From contig PXUB01000029.1 of assembly GCA_003009755.1 (NCBI GenBank), forward strand, positions 3,164 to 67,163: a stretch of 64,000 nt of DNA, written 5' to 3'. The notes under the pieces are model-generated. The model was not told the origin of the DNA, ran no database searches, and worked only from the letters and a program-made list of their open reading frames with translations. The DNA comes from Thermoplasmatales archaeon SW_10_69_26. Its GTDB lineage: Archaea; Thermoplasmatota; SW-10-69-26. Positions 19,017 through 28,667 of this stretch are shown piece by piece; the first letter of the stretch is position 1, and the number at the start of each line of letters is the position of its first letter. The translations under genes were made by a program, and so were the position numbers.

Positions 19017-19553
19017 CTACTCGGGCTTGACGGCGCGCAAGCGGACGAGCTCGCTGGCGTCGGGGAAGAACTGCAACCGGCGCTCGGCGGCGTGCTCGAA
19101 CCCGGCCTCCTCCAGCATTGGCACCGCCTGCGGCGGCAGCTGGCGTGGAGCGTCCGGGTTCCGGGAGTTGGGTGCGCGGAACAGGAACATCAAGCGACCC
19201 GCCGGCGCCAGCACGCGGAACCACTCCTCGAGCACCGCGGGCTTCCACGCCCGGATCGGCTCGTCGATCCAGACGCCGACGATCGCCGCCAGCTGGTCGT
19301 CGTCGAACCGGAGGTCGCTGAAGGAGTCGATCGTCACGGTCTCGAGGTTGTCCGGCGCCTCGTCGACCTCGTTGGTGGTGCAGACGGTCCAACTGGGGAC
19401 GTCCTCGGCGATCTCGCGGCCGACGTAACCTCGCGGGGAGCCGAGATCGAAGAGCTCGGTGCCCGGGAACCGGCCGGCCTGCACGCGGATGCGGTCGGCC
19501 AACGGTTCGAGGAACCGCGGGGCGAGCAACTCCTCCTGCGGCAGCATCGTCAC
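19017..19553 (-). CDS. Class I SAM methyltransferase-like protein (degenerate motif I)
   Basis: FDLGSPRG (for DLGxGxG), LRFDDDQL, EWFRVLAPAGRL; start GTG 19553 or ATG 19547. Confidence 0.7.
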   Translation of the reverse strand: MTMLPQEELLAPRFLEPLADRIRVQAGRFPGTELFDLGSPRGYVGREIAEDVPSWTVCTTNEVDEAPDNLETVTIDSFSDLRFDDDQLAAIVGVWIDEPIRAWKPAVLEEWFRVLAPAGRLMFLFRAPNSRNPDAPRQLPPQAVPMLEEAGFEHAAERRLQFFPDASELVRLRAVKPE

Positions 19554-19692
19554 GGGCCACGCGCAGCACAGGGAAAAGCGTTCGCGGTTCACGGCGGCTG
19601 GCCCCCGGCTACACTCGCGCTGTGCGCCGGTTCGACAGTCCCCGAACTGGGCGATCCAGCGGTTGGCCGCCACGGCCGGGCGGCGGATGGCG

Positions 19693-20460
19693 CTACCCGA
19701 TGTACTGCAGGTCGCCTTCCTCGCCGGGGCTGCCGGCTTGGCTCTCGATGTCCCGCAGCTGTTGGGTGAGCTTGTCCATCTGCTGGGCGCGGTCCTCGAG
19801 GTCGGAGAAGTCGATCTCCATCTCGAAGATCTCGGCCAGCACCTCGAGCAGGGCGCGCGCCGACCGGGGGTCGACGAGGTAGCCGCTCGTCTCGCCCATC
19901 AGGCAGATGCCCTCGATGTCGCGCGACTTGCCGAGGCCGAGCAGCAGGCCGGAGGCGCCGACGATGCCGCCGCCGGGCTCGTCCTTGCTGAACACGACGC
20001 CGTGCTCCTTCATCTCCTCGACCAGCGGCTCGTGCGTGGCGGCGCCGAGCACGCGGGCTTCGTCCAGGATCTGCCCGGTGCCGTAGCCGCCCAACGTGTA
20101 GAAGCGACCCACGGAGAGCTCGTCCATGATGTCGAGGATGGCGTTGGCGAGCGCGTACTGGCCCTCGCCGGTCAGGCCCTGGTAGTCGCCGATGAGGATG
20201 ACGAGATCGCGGCCGCCGTCCGGGTTCTCCCAGACGTGCACCTCGTTGTTGACGAGGCGTACGGTCCCGTTCTCGTGCATCAGGACCTGGGGCGGGAAGT
20301 GCGGGGAGTGGATCTCGGCCACCTGTTCGGCGTCCAGCTCCTCGATGAGGTGGTCGGCGGCCAGCTTGCCGACGTTGCCGACCCCCGGCAGGCCCTCGAT
20401 CAGGATCGGATCGTTCAGTTCGCCGGGCTCCTCGAGCCACTTGATGTCGATGTCCTTCAT
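19693..20460 (-). CDS. Proteasome assembly chaperone PAC2 family protein
   Basis: LIEGLPGVGNVGKL, GASGLLLGLG, CLMGETSGY..DP; conserved position after nop10. Confidence 0.92.
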   Translation of the reverse strand: MKDIDIKWLEEPGELNDPILIEGLPGVGNVGKLAADHLIEELDAEQVAEIHSPHFPPQVLMHENGTVRLVNNEVHVWENPDGGRDLVILIGDYQGLTGEGQYALANAILDIMDELSVGRFYTLGGYGTGQILDEARVLGAATHEPLVEEMKEHGVVFSKDEPGGGIVGASGLLLGLGKSRDIEGICLMGETSGYLVDPRSARALLEVLAEIFEMEIDFSDLEDRAQQMDKLTQQLRDIESQAGSPGEEGDLQYIG

Positions 20461-20639
20461 GAGGATGCCTCGTCGTCGCTGTCGTCAGCTTCCTCCATGC
20501 GCTTCAGCTTGCGCCTGTAGGAACCGTACTTGTCCTCCGGCGAGAACTTCGCCGGCTGGGGGTCCTCGGTCTCGGCCCCGCAGCGCGGACACGTTCCCGA
20601 GAAGGTGTAGCGTCCGCACTCGGAGCAGCTGCGCATCAT
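20457..20639 (-). CDS. nop10: H/ACA RNP protein Nop10
   Basis: C..CGRYT....CP.CG...P.PAKFSPEDKYG.YRR. Confidence 0.95.
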   Translation of the reverse strand: MMRSCSECGRYTFSGTCPRCGAETEDPQPAKFSPEDKYGSYRRKLKRMEEADDSDDEASS

Positions 20640-20648
20640 GGACCGAGG

Positions 20649-21440
20649 CTACTCCTCGTCGAGCTCGCGGTGGAAGGAACCTTCGCCGCCGGTGTCGGCG
20701 ATCGTCTCGATCGCTCGATCGGCGGCCTCCTCGAGCTCGTCCTCGGCGATCTTGTAGTCGGGCGCGGTCACGCGGACGCGGTAGCGGGGCGCGCCGACGT
20801 ACTGGACCTCGATGTCGACGTCCTCGTACTCGGTCTCGCCGGCCGCCTCGAGCGCCGCCTGGACCTTGCGGACACCGTCGGAGGCGGGCGAGGTGACGTC
20901 GACGTACCCGGTGATCTGGACGAACGGGATCGAGATGTTCTCCTCGGCGAGCTCGGCGAAGCGGTCGAACCAGGGGCCCTCGAACCCGTCCTCCGCCAGC
21001 AGGGACGGATCGATCGCCGCCGTCTCGAAGGCCGCATACAGGGACCCGTAGGTCTCCTCCAGGTCGTAGCCGAAGTCCTCGTAGAGACCCTCGAGGTCCT
21101 CGTCGCGGTCCTCGGACAGGATCTCCATCAGCTTGCCGGCCTTCTGCTCGTTCTTCCACTCGTTGATCTTCTCGCTCTTCTGGTGGTCGTTGACCTGCTT
21201 GAACGAGAGGTCGACCTGGTCCTTGCCCTCGTTGACCTCGAGGACCTTGCAGACGACCTTCTGTCCTTCCTTGATGTGGTCGCGGACGTACTTCACCCAG
21301 CCCGAGGCGACCTCGGAGATGTGGATGAAGCCCTCCTTGCCATCGAACTCCTCGAGCTCGACGAACGCGCCGAAGTCCTCGACCTCGGTGACCGTGCAGA
21401 CGACGAGCGCTCCGGGATCGGGGTACTCCTGGCGCTTCAT
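20649..21440 (-). CDS. eif2a: Translation initiation factor aIF2 subunit alpha
   Basis: S1 domain with GFIHISEVASGWVK, DLSFKQV, GAPRYRV.V.APDYK.AE. Confidence 0.96.
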   Translation of the reverse strand: MKRQEYPDPGALVVCTVTEVEDFGAFVELEEFDGKEGFIHISEVASGWVKYVRDHIKEGQKVVCKVLEVNEGKDQVDLSFKQVNDHQKSEKINEWKNEQKAGKLMEILSEDRDEDLEGLYEDFGYDLEETYGSLYAAFETAAIDPSLLAEDGFEGPWFDRFAELAEENISIPFVQITGYVDVTSPASDGVRKVQAALEAAGETEYEDVDIEVQYVGAPRYRVRVTAPDYKIAEDELEEAADRAIETIADTGGEGSFHRELDEE

Positions 21441-21446
21441 GGAAGA

Positions 21447-21656
21447 TCAGTCCAGATAGTCGATGAACGTGCTGCCCGTCAGATCGGCCAGGCCGCCTCG
21501 CGGCTGGGCGAGCTCCGAGCCGCAGACCTCGCAGGTGATCGGGTTCGAGGGTCGGGCGAAGATGACCTGCTCGTTGCCGCAGTCCTCGCACTCGACCTCG
21601 GCGAACGTGCCGCGCTCCCGGGTTTCGGGTTTCTCTTGGGTTTGCTCCTCCGGCAT
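21447..21656 (-). CDS. rps27e: 30S ribosomal protein S27e
   Basis: F..V.C.DCGNEQVIF......C..CG..LA.P.GG. Confidence 0.96.
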   Translation of the reverse strand: MPEEQTQEKPETRERGTFAEVECEDCGNEQVIFARPSNPITCEVCGSELAQPRGGLADLTGSTFIDYLD

Positions 21657-21658
21657 GG

Positions 21659-21943
21659 TCAGGACTCCGTGAGCTCGAACTTACCGGCGCGGAAGCACTC
21701 GGATGGCTGGTGCGCCTTGCGGCATTCCTGGCACCGGTAGCGCAGCTTGACTCGCTGCGTGGGCTTGCGGAGGCCCTCCGGCTTCGGCCGCGGGAAGCCC
21801 CGGTAGCCTCGCATGACGCGACGGAAGCGACGCTGGCCCTTCTTCATCTCGGAGGCAGGCTTGGTTCGGACTCGCTCCACGTCGTGATCGTGGTGCGCGT
21901 TGCAGAACGGGCAGTGTCGCTTAACGACCCTCGGCATCTTCAT
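21659..21943 (-). CDS. rpl44e: 50S ribosomal protein L44e
   Basis: MKMPR..K..CPFC..H..H.V...KPT....LRYRC..C.KAH; ATG 21943. Confidence 0.96.
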   Translation of the reverse strand: MKMPRVVKRHCPFCNAHHDHDVERVRTKPASEMKKGQRRFRRVMRGYRGFPRPKPEGLRKPTQRVKLRYRCQECRKAHQPSECFRAGKFELTES

Positions 21944-22073
21944 TGGATGACCACCTGCGGGAACGGTTCGGGCGGTGGTAGGGCCGTCCTTCATTTAAGC
22001 ATTACGCGGCGTCGCGGGAGCCAGCTGCCGGAGACCGGAACGTTTACCGCCCCGTCGGCGTTCGCCACCGGTT

Positions 22074-22577
22074 GTGGCTGATCCCAGCGCGCCCGAGCCC
22101 GGCGAGGAAGCCACGCCGGACTCGCTGTCCACCTTCGAGACCGGGACCGAGCCCGAGGAGCCCTCGCCCGACCCGGAGCCGGCGGAGGACGAGACGGACG
22201 ACCGCGGCCGTCGGACCCTGATCGCGATCGGGTTGGCCCTCGCGGTGAGCCTGGGGACGGTGATCGCCGCCCGTTCGTTGTTGATCGACACCGGCGTCGA
22301 GGTCGGCCTCGGCGAAACCGCCTCCGTCGGTCTCGTCGCCACGATCGTCGGCTTGGCGGCCTTCCTCCCGCTTCGGTGGGGGTTCTGGGTCGCCCCGCTC
22401 GTCGCGGGCGCCCACTACGCGCTGAACTTCTACAACATGCTGTTCACCGACGAGTCTGTGTACCAGTTCGTCGAAGGGTCGGCCATGGGTTACGCCGTGC
22501 TCACCCCCGCGATCGGCGTCGTCCTCGGGTTCGTGCTCGAGGGGGTCTACCGGTTGATCGTCCCGAGTGACGGGTAG
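22074..22577 (+). CDS. Hypothetical membrane protein (4 TM, acidic N-terminus)
   Basis: ORF with genome-like codon usage and 4 hydrophobic helices. Confidence 0.75.
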   Translation: MADPSAPEPGEEATPDSLSTFETGTEPEEPSPDPEPAEDETDDRGRRTLIAIGLALAVSLGTVIAARSLLIDTGVEVGLGETASVGLVATIVGLAAFLPLRWGFWVAPLVAGAHYALNFYNMLFTDESVYQFVEGSAMGYAVLTPAIGVVLGFVLEGVYRLIVPSDG

Positions 22578-22640
22578 CGGAGGTTCCAACGACCCGGCCG
22601 CAAAATTAAACCGTTACGGAGGGTCATTCGGGAACGCTGC

Positions 22641-23024
22641 ATGGATCCCCTCCCCTGGGTCATCGACTGGAACCCTGATTTCGAGGACGATCCCCGGATG
22701 AAGCGAGCCGTGCTGACCGCGCTCCGCAAGGACGGGGTCGCCGATGCGATCCGGCGGCTGGCTCGCCGCGCTATCGAGGAGGTCGTCGAGAACGGGTTCG
22801 AGACCGAGCACCTGCTCTGGCTCGAGACGCGCGACCGGTTCGCGCTCTTCGTGCGCGTCTGGTACGAGCAGACCCAGGACAAGGTGTTCGCGGTCGTCGA
22901 GGAGAACGACCTCGGCGACGTCTGCTTCCTGATCCTCGAGGACTACGACTGCGCCAGCTACGAAGGCGAGGACGTCCTCAAGGTCGAGTTCGAGGATCCG
23001 GAGACGCTGGGCGTCGAGCCCTGA
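22641..23024 (+). CDS. Hypothetical acidic protein (127 aa)
   Basis: ATG about 30 nt after AAAATTAAAC; coding-like composition; no recognised motif. Confidence 0.75.
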   Translation: MDPLPWVIDWNPDFEDDPRMKRAVLTALRKDGVADAIRRLARRAIEEVVENGFETEHLLWLETRDRFALFVRVWYEQTQDKVFAVVEENDLGDVCFLILEDYDCASYEGEDVLKVEFEDPETLGVEP

Positions 23025-23150
23025 CGCGCGCGGACCCCGGCGGCCGCCGAGGCCCGCTTGGCAGCGTTCACCTCTTCGCCGGCAACGACAGCTGCCGCTG
23101 CGAGGCAGGCGGCGGTCGGCGGGCCGGCGGCGGCCGATCCGCGCGTCCGA

Positions 23151-23555
23151 TCAGGAGACCTCGCGCGAGATCTCGACGATCGCGGCCGTGGCCTCGACGG
23201 CGTCGGCGCCCGCGAGCTCGGGGCCCAGCAGCTCGGCGCCGGCCTCGGCCCAGGCGCTCAGCGCCTCGGTGAGCGGCTCGTCGTCGGCGAGCACCTCGAC
23301 GATCGCCAGCTGCTCGCGGTCCTCGGCCTGGCTGTCGTCCACCGGGCCGAGCTCGGCGGTGGGTTCGCCGCGCTCGTCGGCCCCCAGCGGCTCCTCGTCG
23401 TGGGCGACGGCGAGCCCGACGAGGAAGAGCCCGGCGTCCACGCGGGTCTCCCACAGATCCAACCCTAGCATACGGTCGACGACCTCTTCGGTGGCCTCGC
23501 TGACGGCGAGGACCGGCTCCTCGTCGGCCTCGATCGGGGCGGCGGTCTGCGTCAT
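23151..23555 (-). CDS. DndE-like small protein
   Basis: ATGA overlap with the ATPase stop; MTQTAAP...LAVSEATEEVVDRML...EALSAWAEAGAELL resembles the DndE pattern; position fits. Confidence 0.6.
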   Translation of the reverse strand: MTQTAAPIEADEEPVLAVSEATEEVVDRMLGLDLWETRVDAGLFLVGLAVAHDEEPLGADERGEPTAELGPVDDSQAEDREQLAIVEVLADDEPLTEALSAWAEAGAELLGPELAGADAVEATAAIVEISREVS

Positions 23556-25549
23556 GCCGATCCCCCCTGCAGGCGGAGGGCCTCGACCTTGCCGGGCCGG
23601 ATCCGCGTGTAGCCCTCGCGGTCGCCGCCCTTCTCCTGCATCCAGTCCATGCGGTAGACGTCGGGGTCGGCGGCCTCGACGGCGTCGTACCACTTGCCGT
23701 CGGGGAAGGCGTCCTTCGTGAACACGACGACCTGGCCCTCGTGGTCGCCGATGAGCTCGAGCAGGCGGTGGACGCCCTCGTCGTCGAGGGTGCTGAACGG
23801 CGCGTCGAGCAGCAGGAACGGGTGCTCGGCGGCGACCTCGCGCAGGGCGAACAAAAGCGCCAGGCCCAGCCGGGTCTTCTCGCCCTCGGAGAGAGGCACG
23901 ATCTCCTCCTCGTCGCCGACGTCGCGGACGACGCGCGGCACCATCGAGGAGCCGCTGAGCGTGATCCGGTAGTCGGCGTCCTTCTGGAAGAGATGGTCGA
24001 AGATGCCCTGCGTGCGGTCGAGCAGGTCCTGGCGAAGCTTCGGGAGCGCGGCGTCGATCGTGCCGCGGATCGCATCTCGGTACTTGCGGGCCCGTGAGAG
24101 CAGGGTGCTGTCGACGGAGACGTCGTCCATGTCGGCCAGTTTGGATTTGATCTCGTTGAGCCGCTCCTGGGCGTCGAGGTGCTTGCGGACGACCTTGGAC
24201 TTCTCGTCCTGGATCGAGTTGACCTTCATCTTCTTGGCCTTGATGCGGCGCTGGATGAGGTCGCGCTTCTCCTCGACGTCCGTCTCGAGCTCGGCGTCGA
24301 GCTCCTCGAGCCGCTCGCGCTTGGCGCGCAGGTCCTCGGTGACCTCGGCCAGCCGTTGGCGCTGGGTCTCGATCGTCTCCGCCAGCTCGTCGGTGCCGTC
24401 CCCGCTGGCCCACTCCTGGAGCCGCCACTCGGAGACCGGCAGCTCGGGGACCTCGGGCTCGCCGGCGGTGAGGGCGTCGATCGTGCCGCGGATCTCCTCG
24501 CGGTGGTCGGCGTCCATCTCGGTCCCGCACCAGCACGTGTCCGCCTCGAGCCGATCCTCGAGGAGCTGGGCCTTCGTGACGTCCTCCTCCCACGCCTCGT
24601 GGGCTTCGACGGCTTCCTCGTGCTCGGCCAGCAGGGCTTCGACGGCGTCCTCGCAGCCGGCTTCGAGAAGCGTGGGCCAGCTGGGGGTCAGCTCGGCCCG
24701 GATGGAGGCCAGCTCGCGCTCGCGGCGCTCCTCGAGGTTGCGGACCTCCTCGCGCAGCTCTTCGCGCTCGGCCTCGCGCTCCTCGGCCTGGTCGAGCTTG
24801 GCTTGCTCTTGCTTGAGCTCCTCGACGTCGTCCTGCAGCTGGTGCTCCTCGATCTCCTTCTCGCGCTTCGTCTCGCGGAAGTTCTCCTCCCGCTCCTTGA
24901 GGTCGGCGCGCTTGTCCCGCAGCTTGCGGCGGCGCCGGTCGGCGCGTTCCTCGGCCTCGGCTTGCTTGTCGAGGTCGTCGACGATGGCCTCCAGGGACTC
25001 GTCGAGGCTGACGATCTCGGGGTTCTGCAGCTGGCGCTCGACGCTCTCCTTCACGACGGGTCCGCTGAGTTCGGCGACGAAGTCGCGCACGTGCTCGCCC
25101 GTGAGCAGGTTGAAGCCCAACCGCTCGTGGGGGAGCAGCTCGGCGAGGAAGCCCTCGGGGTCGTCGATCGGGGCCCAGTCGCCGTCCTCGTCCCTCTCGA
25201 CGACGAGGTCCGAGCTGGGCGAGGTGCCCCACTCGATCGATCGCTCGACGCGGTAGAGCCCGTCGTCGCCGACCTCCAGAATCGCCTCCACGCGGCCGCC
25301 CTCCATGTTGCGGAACCGGTGGTGGTTGATGACGTTCTTCTCCTGCTTTTGCTTCAAGGAGCGGAACTCGTCGGCGTCGACGGCGGCCTTGCCGCGGATC
25401 AGCCAGCGGACCAGATCGATCGACGAGGTCTTGCCGTGACCGTTGGGAGCGTAGACGTAGGTGACGCCCTCGGTCGTCAGGTCGAAGACCTCCTCCTCGC
25501 GGAACGGGCCGACGCCATCGAACGTCAGCTTGCGGAGCAGGATGTCCAT
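23552..25549 (-). CDS. DndD/SbcC(Rad50)-like coiled-coil ABC ATPase with a CxC hook (665 aa)
   Basis: Walker A APNGHGKTS, Q-loop-like FNLLTGE, long coiled coils, TCWCG hook, signature LSEGE, Walker B LLLDAPFSTLD. Confidence 0.9.
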   Translation of the reverse strand: MDILLRKLTFDGVGPFREEEVFDLTTEGVTYVYAPNGHGKTSSIDLVRWLIRGKAAVDADEFRSLKQKQEKNVINHHRFRNMEGGRVEAILEVGDDGLYRVERSIEWGTSPSSDLVVERDEDGDWAPIDDPEGFLAELLPHERLGFNLLTGEHVRDFVAELSGPVVKESVERQLQNPEIVSLDESLEAIVDDLDKQAEAEERADRRRRKLRDKRADLKEREENFRETKREKEIEEHQLQDDVEELKQEQAKLDQAEEREAEREELREEVRNLEERRERELASIRAELTPSWPTLLEAGCEDAVEALLAEHEEAVEAHEAWEEDVTKAQLLEDRLEADTCWCGTEMDADHREEIRGTIDALTAGEPEVPELPVSEWRLQEWASGDGTDELAETIETQRQRLAEVTEDLRAKRERLEELDAELETDVEEKRDLIQRRIKAKKMKVNSIQDEKSKVVRKHLDAQERLNEIKSKLADMDDVSVDSTLLSRARKYRDAIRGTIDAALPKLRQDLLDRTQGIFDHLFQKDADYRITLSGSSMVPRVVRDVGDEEEIVPLSEGEKTRLGLALLFALREVAAEHPFLLLDAPFSTLDDEGVHRLLELIGDHEGQVVVFTKDAFPDGKWYDAVEAADPDVYRMDWMQEKGGDREGYTRIRPGKVEALRLQGGSA

Positions 25550-25551
25550 CG

Positions 25552-25719
25552 TCAAGCCTCCTCCTGCAGGATCTCGCGGACGGTATCCTCGAGCTCTTCG
25601 CCTTCCACACGCTGCGCGGCTTGCAGCATGGATTCGACGACGTCCATCTCGAGGTCGCGCTCCTCGAGCTGATCCTCCAGGAGCGAGCGCACGCGCGGAT
25701 CGAGTGTCGGTTCGGTCAC
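25552..25719 (-). CDS. Small acidic protein at the head of the ATPase operon (55 aa; alternative GTG 25752)
   Basis: Stops 2 nt before the ATPase ATG, and its GGAGG tail acts as RBS; helical acidic sequence. Confidence 0.7.
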   Translation of the reverse strand: MTEPTLDPRVRSLLEDQLEERDLEMDVVESMLQAAQRVEGEELEDTVREILQEEA

Positions 25720-25788
25720 GATCGATCGGGCCTCTGGCTCCACCGGGCCCACAGGGGTCCGATGGGACCCCCGCCAAGCCCCAAGGGG

Positions 25789-25796
25789 TATAAAAA
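25789..25796 (-). promoter_or_regulatory. Putative TATA box (TTTTTATA) for the small protein-ATPase-DndE-like operon
   Basis: Strongest AT run in the intergenic gap; fits the archaeal TTTATA consensus. Confidence 0.5.
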
Positions 25797-25918
25797 CAGC
25801 GGGGAGTCACCCCTCGTGGTCGGGCGGCCAACGTGCCACGCCCTGCCGTGAAGTGCCGGGGGGCTGGCGCGTGCCCCGACGCAACGTATTTCTATCGGTC
25901 CCCGCTCATCGCTCGGGT

Positions 25919-26899
25919 GTGACCGTCCGCGACGTCGTCATCGTCGGTTCCGGCCCCGCCGGCCTCACGGCCGCGCTGTACAACGCTCGCGCCAACCTGG
26001 ACGTCCTCTGCATCGCCGGCTACGAAGCCGGCGGCCAGCTCATGCTCACCACGGACGTCGAGAACTACCCCGGCTTCCCCGAGGGCATCCAGGGTCCAGA
26101 CCTCATGCAGAAGTTCCGCGACCAGGCCGCCCGGTTCGGGACCGACTTCATCGACCGCGACGCCACGGACGCCGACCTCTCTAGCCGTCCGTTCACGATC
26201 GAGGTCGAGGACGAGACGGTGAAGGCCCGCTCGGTCATCATCGCCACCGGCGCCAGCGCCCGCTGGCTGGGCCTCCCCGACGAGGAATCCTACCGCGGCA
26301 AGGGCATCTCGACGTGTGCCACCTGCGACGGCGCGTTCTTCAAGGACAAGGAGGTCGTCGTCGTGGGCGGCGGCGACTCCGCGATGGAGGAGGCGCTGTT
26401 CCTCACGAAGTTCGCCGACCAGGTCACGATCGTCCACCGCCGCGACGAGTTCCGCGCCTCGCAGATCATGGCCGACCGCGCCCTCGAGCACGAGGACATC
26501 GAGGTGCTGTGGAACACCGAGGCGATCGCGTACCTCGGCGACCCGACGATCGAGGGCCTCCGCCTCATCAAGCACCCCGACGGCCGGCCGAAGAAGCGCA
26601 TCCCCGACGACGAGTGGGCCAACGCCGACGAGCACGGCGGCAAGGTGTACGACTTCGCCACCGACGGCGTGTTCATCGCGATCGGCCACGACCCGAACAC
26701 GCCGTTCCTCGAGGGCGAGATCGAGCTCGACGAGAAGGGCTACGTCGAGGTCGAGGGTCACACGCGCACGGACGTGGACGGTGTCTTCGCCGCCGGCGAC
26801 GTCCACGACAAGCACTACCGGCAAGCCGTCACCGCGGCCGGGCTGGGCTGCCGGGCCGCGATGGACACCGAGCAGTGGCTGGAAGCCCAGGACGACTGA
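25919..26899 (+). CDS. trxB: Thioredoxin-disulfide reductase
   Basis: IVGSGPAG, GGQL..T..VENYPG, CATCDG, GGGDSAMEEA, FAAGDV. Confidence 0.97.
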   Translation: MTVRDVVIVGSGPAGLTAALYNARANLDVLCIAGYEAGGQLMLTTDVENYPGFPEGIQGPDLMQKFRDQAARFGTDFIDRDATDADLSSRPFTIEVEDETVKARSVIIATGASARWLGLPDEESYRGKGISTCATCDGAFFKDKEVVVVGGGDSAMEEALFLTKFADQVTIVHRRDEFRASQIMADRALEHEDIEVLWNTEAIAYLGDPTIEGLRLIKHPDGRPKKRIPDDEWANADEHGGKVYDFATDGVFIAIGHDPNTPFLEGEIELDEKGYVEVEGHTRTDVDGVFAAGDVHDKHYRQAVTAAGLGCRAAMDTEQWLEAQDD

Positions 26900-26909
26900 C
26901 CTGGGCTGG

Positions 26910-27240
26910 CTCCTCGGGGGTTGGACGTCGATCTCGCCGCCATGAGGTTCGACGATCTTGCGGCAGATCGCCGAGCCGACGCCGTGATTGGCGGACTCCT
27001 CCTCGGTGCCGCGGGCGAGCATCTCGAAGATGCTCTCGGGATCATCGAGACCGAGGCTCTGCCCGTTGTCGCGGACGGCGAAGGTGTGCTTCTGGTCGCC
27101 GGCTTCGTCGAAGATCTCGACACGGGGCGGCTCATCGTCCCGTCGGAACGTGATCGCGTTCTGGATGAGGTTCTGTGGCTGGCTCGCCTGGCCGTGCAGA
27201 GCACGATCAGGCTCCTGTCCTAACCTGCCAGGGAATCCGT
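26910..27240 (-). pseudogene. Histidine kinase HATPase_c remnant
   Basis: QNLIQNAITF (N box), FAVRDNG (G1), IFE (F), GVGSAICRKIVEPHGGEI (G2); no HisKA domain, no G3 box, no proper start or stop. Confidence 0.75.
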
Positions 27241-27353
27241 CAGCCTTGGCGGATGGTCCGGTCCCTTCCGCAGATCGAAGCTCCCGACCGGTCGGCGGAG
27301 GCGTGGTTGCGGCGGTAAGCTTTCAACCTTGACGCTACTGGACCGCTGATACC

Positions 27354-28241
27354 ATGACGAAGCTCGGCTTCGTGGGCGCCGGCCAGGTCGGCGCCACCGC
27401 TGCGTTCTCGTGCCTGCACCAGCTCGACGTCGACGAGATCGCCATCGTCGACATCCAGGAGGATCTGGCCGAAGGCCAAAGCCTGGATCTGGCCGCCGCC
27501 GCGGCCGGCCTGGGCGAGGTCCCCGAGGTCAACGCCGGCGGCGACTACGAGCTGCTCGACGGCGCCGACGTCGTCGTCTCCACCGCCGGCTCCCCGCGCA
27601 AGCCCGGCATGGACCGGCTCGACCTCCTCGAGAAGAACGTCGGTATCACGCGCAACGTCGTGGAGGACACGTTCGCGCACGCGCCCGGCGCGCATCTGCT
27701 CATGGTGGCCAACCCGGTCGACGTGCTCACCTACGCGGCCTGGACGATCTCGGACCTGCCGCGCAACCGCGTGTTCGGCATGGGCAGCTGGCACGACAGC
27801 CTGCGCCTGCGCTTCGTCCTCTCCGACGAGGGCTACGGCACCGACGCCTTCATGCTCGGCGAGCACGGCGAATCGATGCTCGTCGCCAAGTCCGCCGCCG
27901 ACGTCGGCGACACCGAGCCCGACTGGGCCGACATCCAGGACAAGATCTGCGGCCTGGCGATGAACATCATCGAGAAGAAGGACTACACGAACTGGGCGCC
28001 CGGCGTCGCCACCGCCAACATGGTGAAGGCGATCGTCGAGAACGAGAAACGCGTCCTCCCGACCAGCACCGTGCTCCAGGGCGAGTACGGCATCGAGGGC
28101 GCCAGCCTCGGCGTCCCCGCCGTCCTCGGCCAGAACGGGCTCGAGCGCGTCCTCGAGTACGACCTCGCCGACGAGGACCGCCAACAGCTGCAGGACAGCG
28201 CGGACAAGCTCAAGAAGCAGATCGGCGAGCTGGACTTGTGA
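27354..28241 (+). CDS. mdh: LDH-like malate dehydrogenase
   Basis: GAGQVG, AGSPRKPGMDRLDL (Arg at the substrate-specificity site), ANPVD, GEHG. Confidence 0.93.
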   Translation: MTKLGFVGAGQVGATAAFSCLHQLDVDEIAIVDIQEDLAEGQSLDLAAAAAGLGEVPEVNAGGDYELLDGADVVVSTAGSPRKPGMDRLDLLEKNVGITRNVVEDTFAHAPGAHLLMVANPVDVLTYAAWTISDLPRNRVFGMGSWHDSLRLRFVLSDEGYGTDAFMLGEHGESMLVAKSAADVGDTEPDWADIQDKICGLAMNIIEKKDYTNWAPGVATANMVKAIVENEKRVLPTSTVLQGEYGIEGASLGVPAVLGQNGLERVLEYDLADEDRQQLQDSADKLKKQIGELDL

Positions 28242-28446
28242 CGGTCGCGGTCGGCTCCCGTCGCCGGTTGTTTCACTGACCCCCCGCAGCGACGTTGATA
28301 CCTGTCGCCCACCTCTCCGGAGTTGCCTCGCTTGGAGGGATGGAGGCACCATGGGAGGTGCCCTTCGAGCACGGCGCGTCTCGACCGGGAACGGTTCGAG
28401 CCTGTGGGCCCCGGAGGCCACGCCCCCGGGGCCCCACTTCTCCCCC

Positions 28447-28667
28447 TGAAGATCCTCTTTTCGACGGGGCCTAGCCGCCTCTCGACCGGGGAAAAGGAAA
28501 ATCGCTGTTAAGGAAAACCCCGGTCGGCAGCGTCCGGAGGCGCCGGTGCCGACCGTCTGGCGCCTCCGGAGAAGACGGATCTTCGATCCGTCCGAAACGC
28601 AGGCCCCAGCGCCGCTGACCTTGGGCGCTGTTGGATCCTCGCGCAGGGCTATGTCCGCCTGACGGGC
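28447..28667 (+). repeat. Multi-hairpin dispersed element, family A, copy 1
   Basis: About 90% identical to the reverse complement of 43812-44129 outside a 95 bp insert; diverged copy at 52944-53102. Confidence 0.88.

Noticed and set aside
15799-25549. sufS acting as the DndA of the Dnd-like cassette
   Set aside because: It is a typical SufS-SufU pair about 6 kb away in a separate operon; no linkage evidence.
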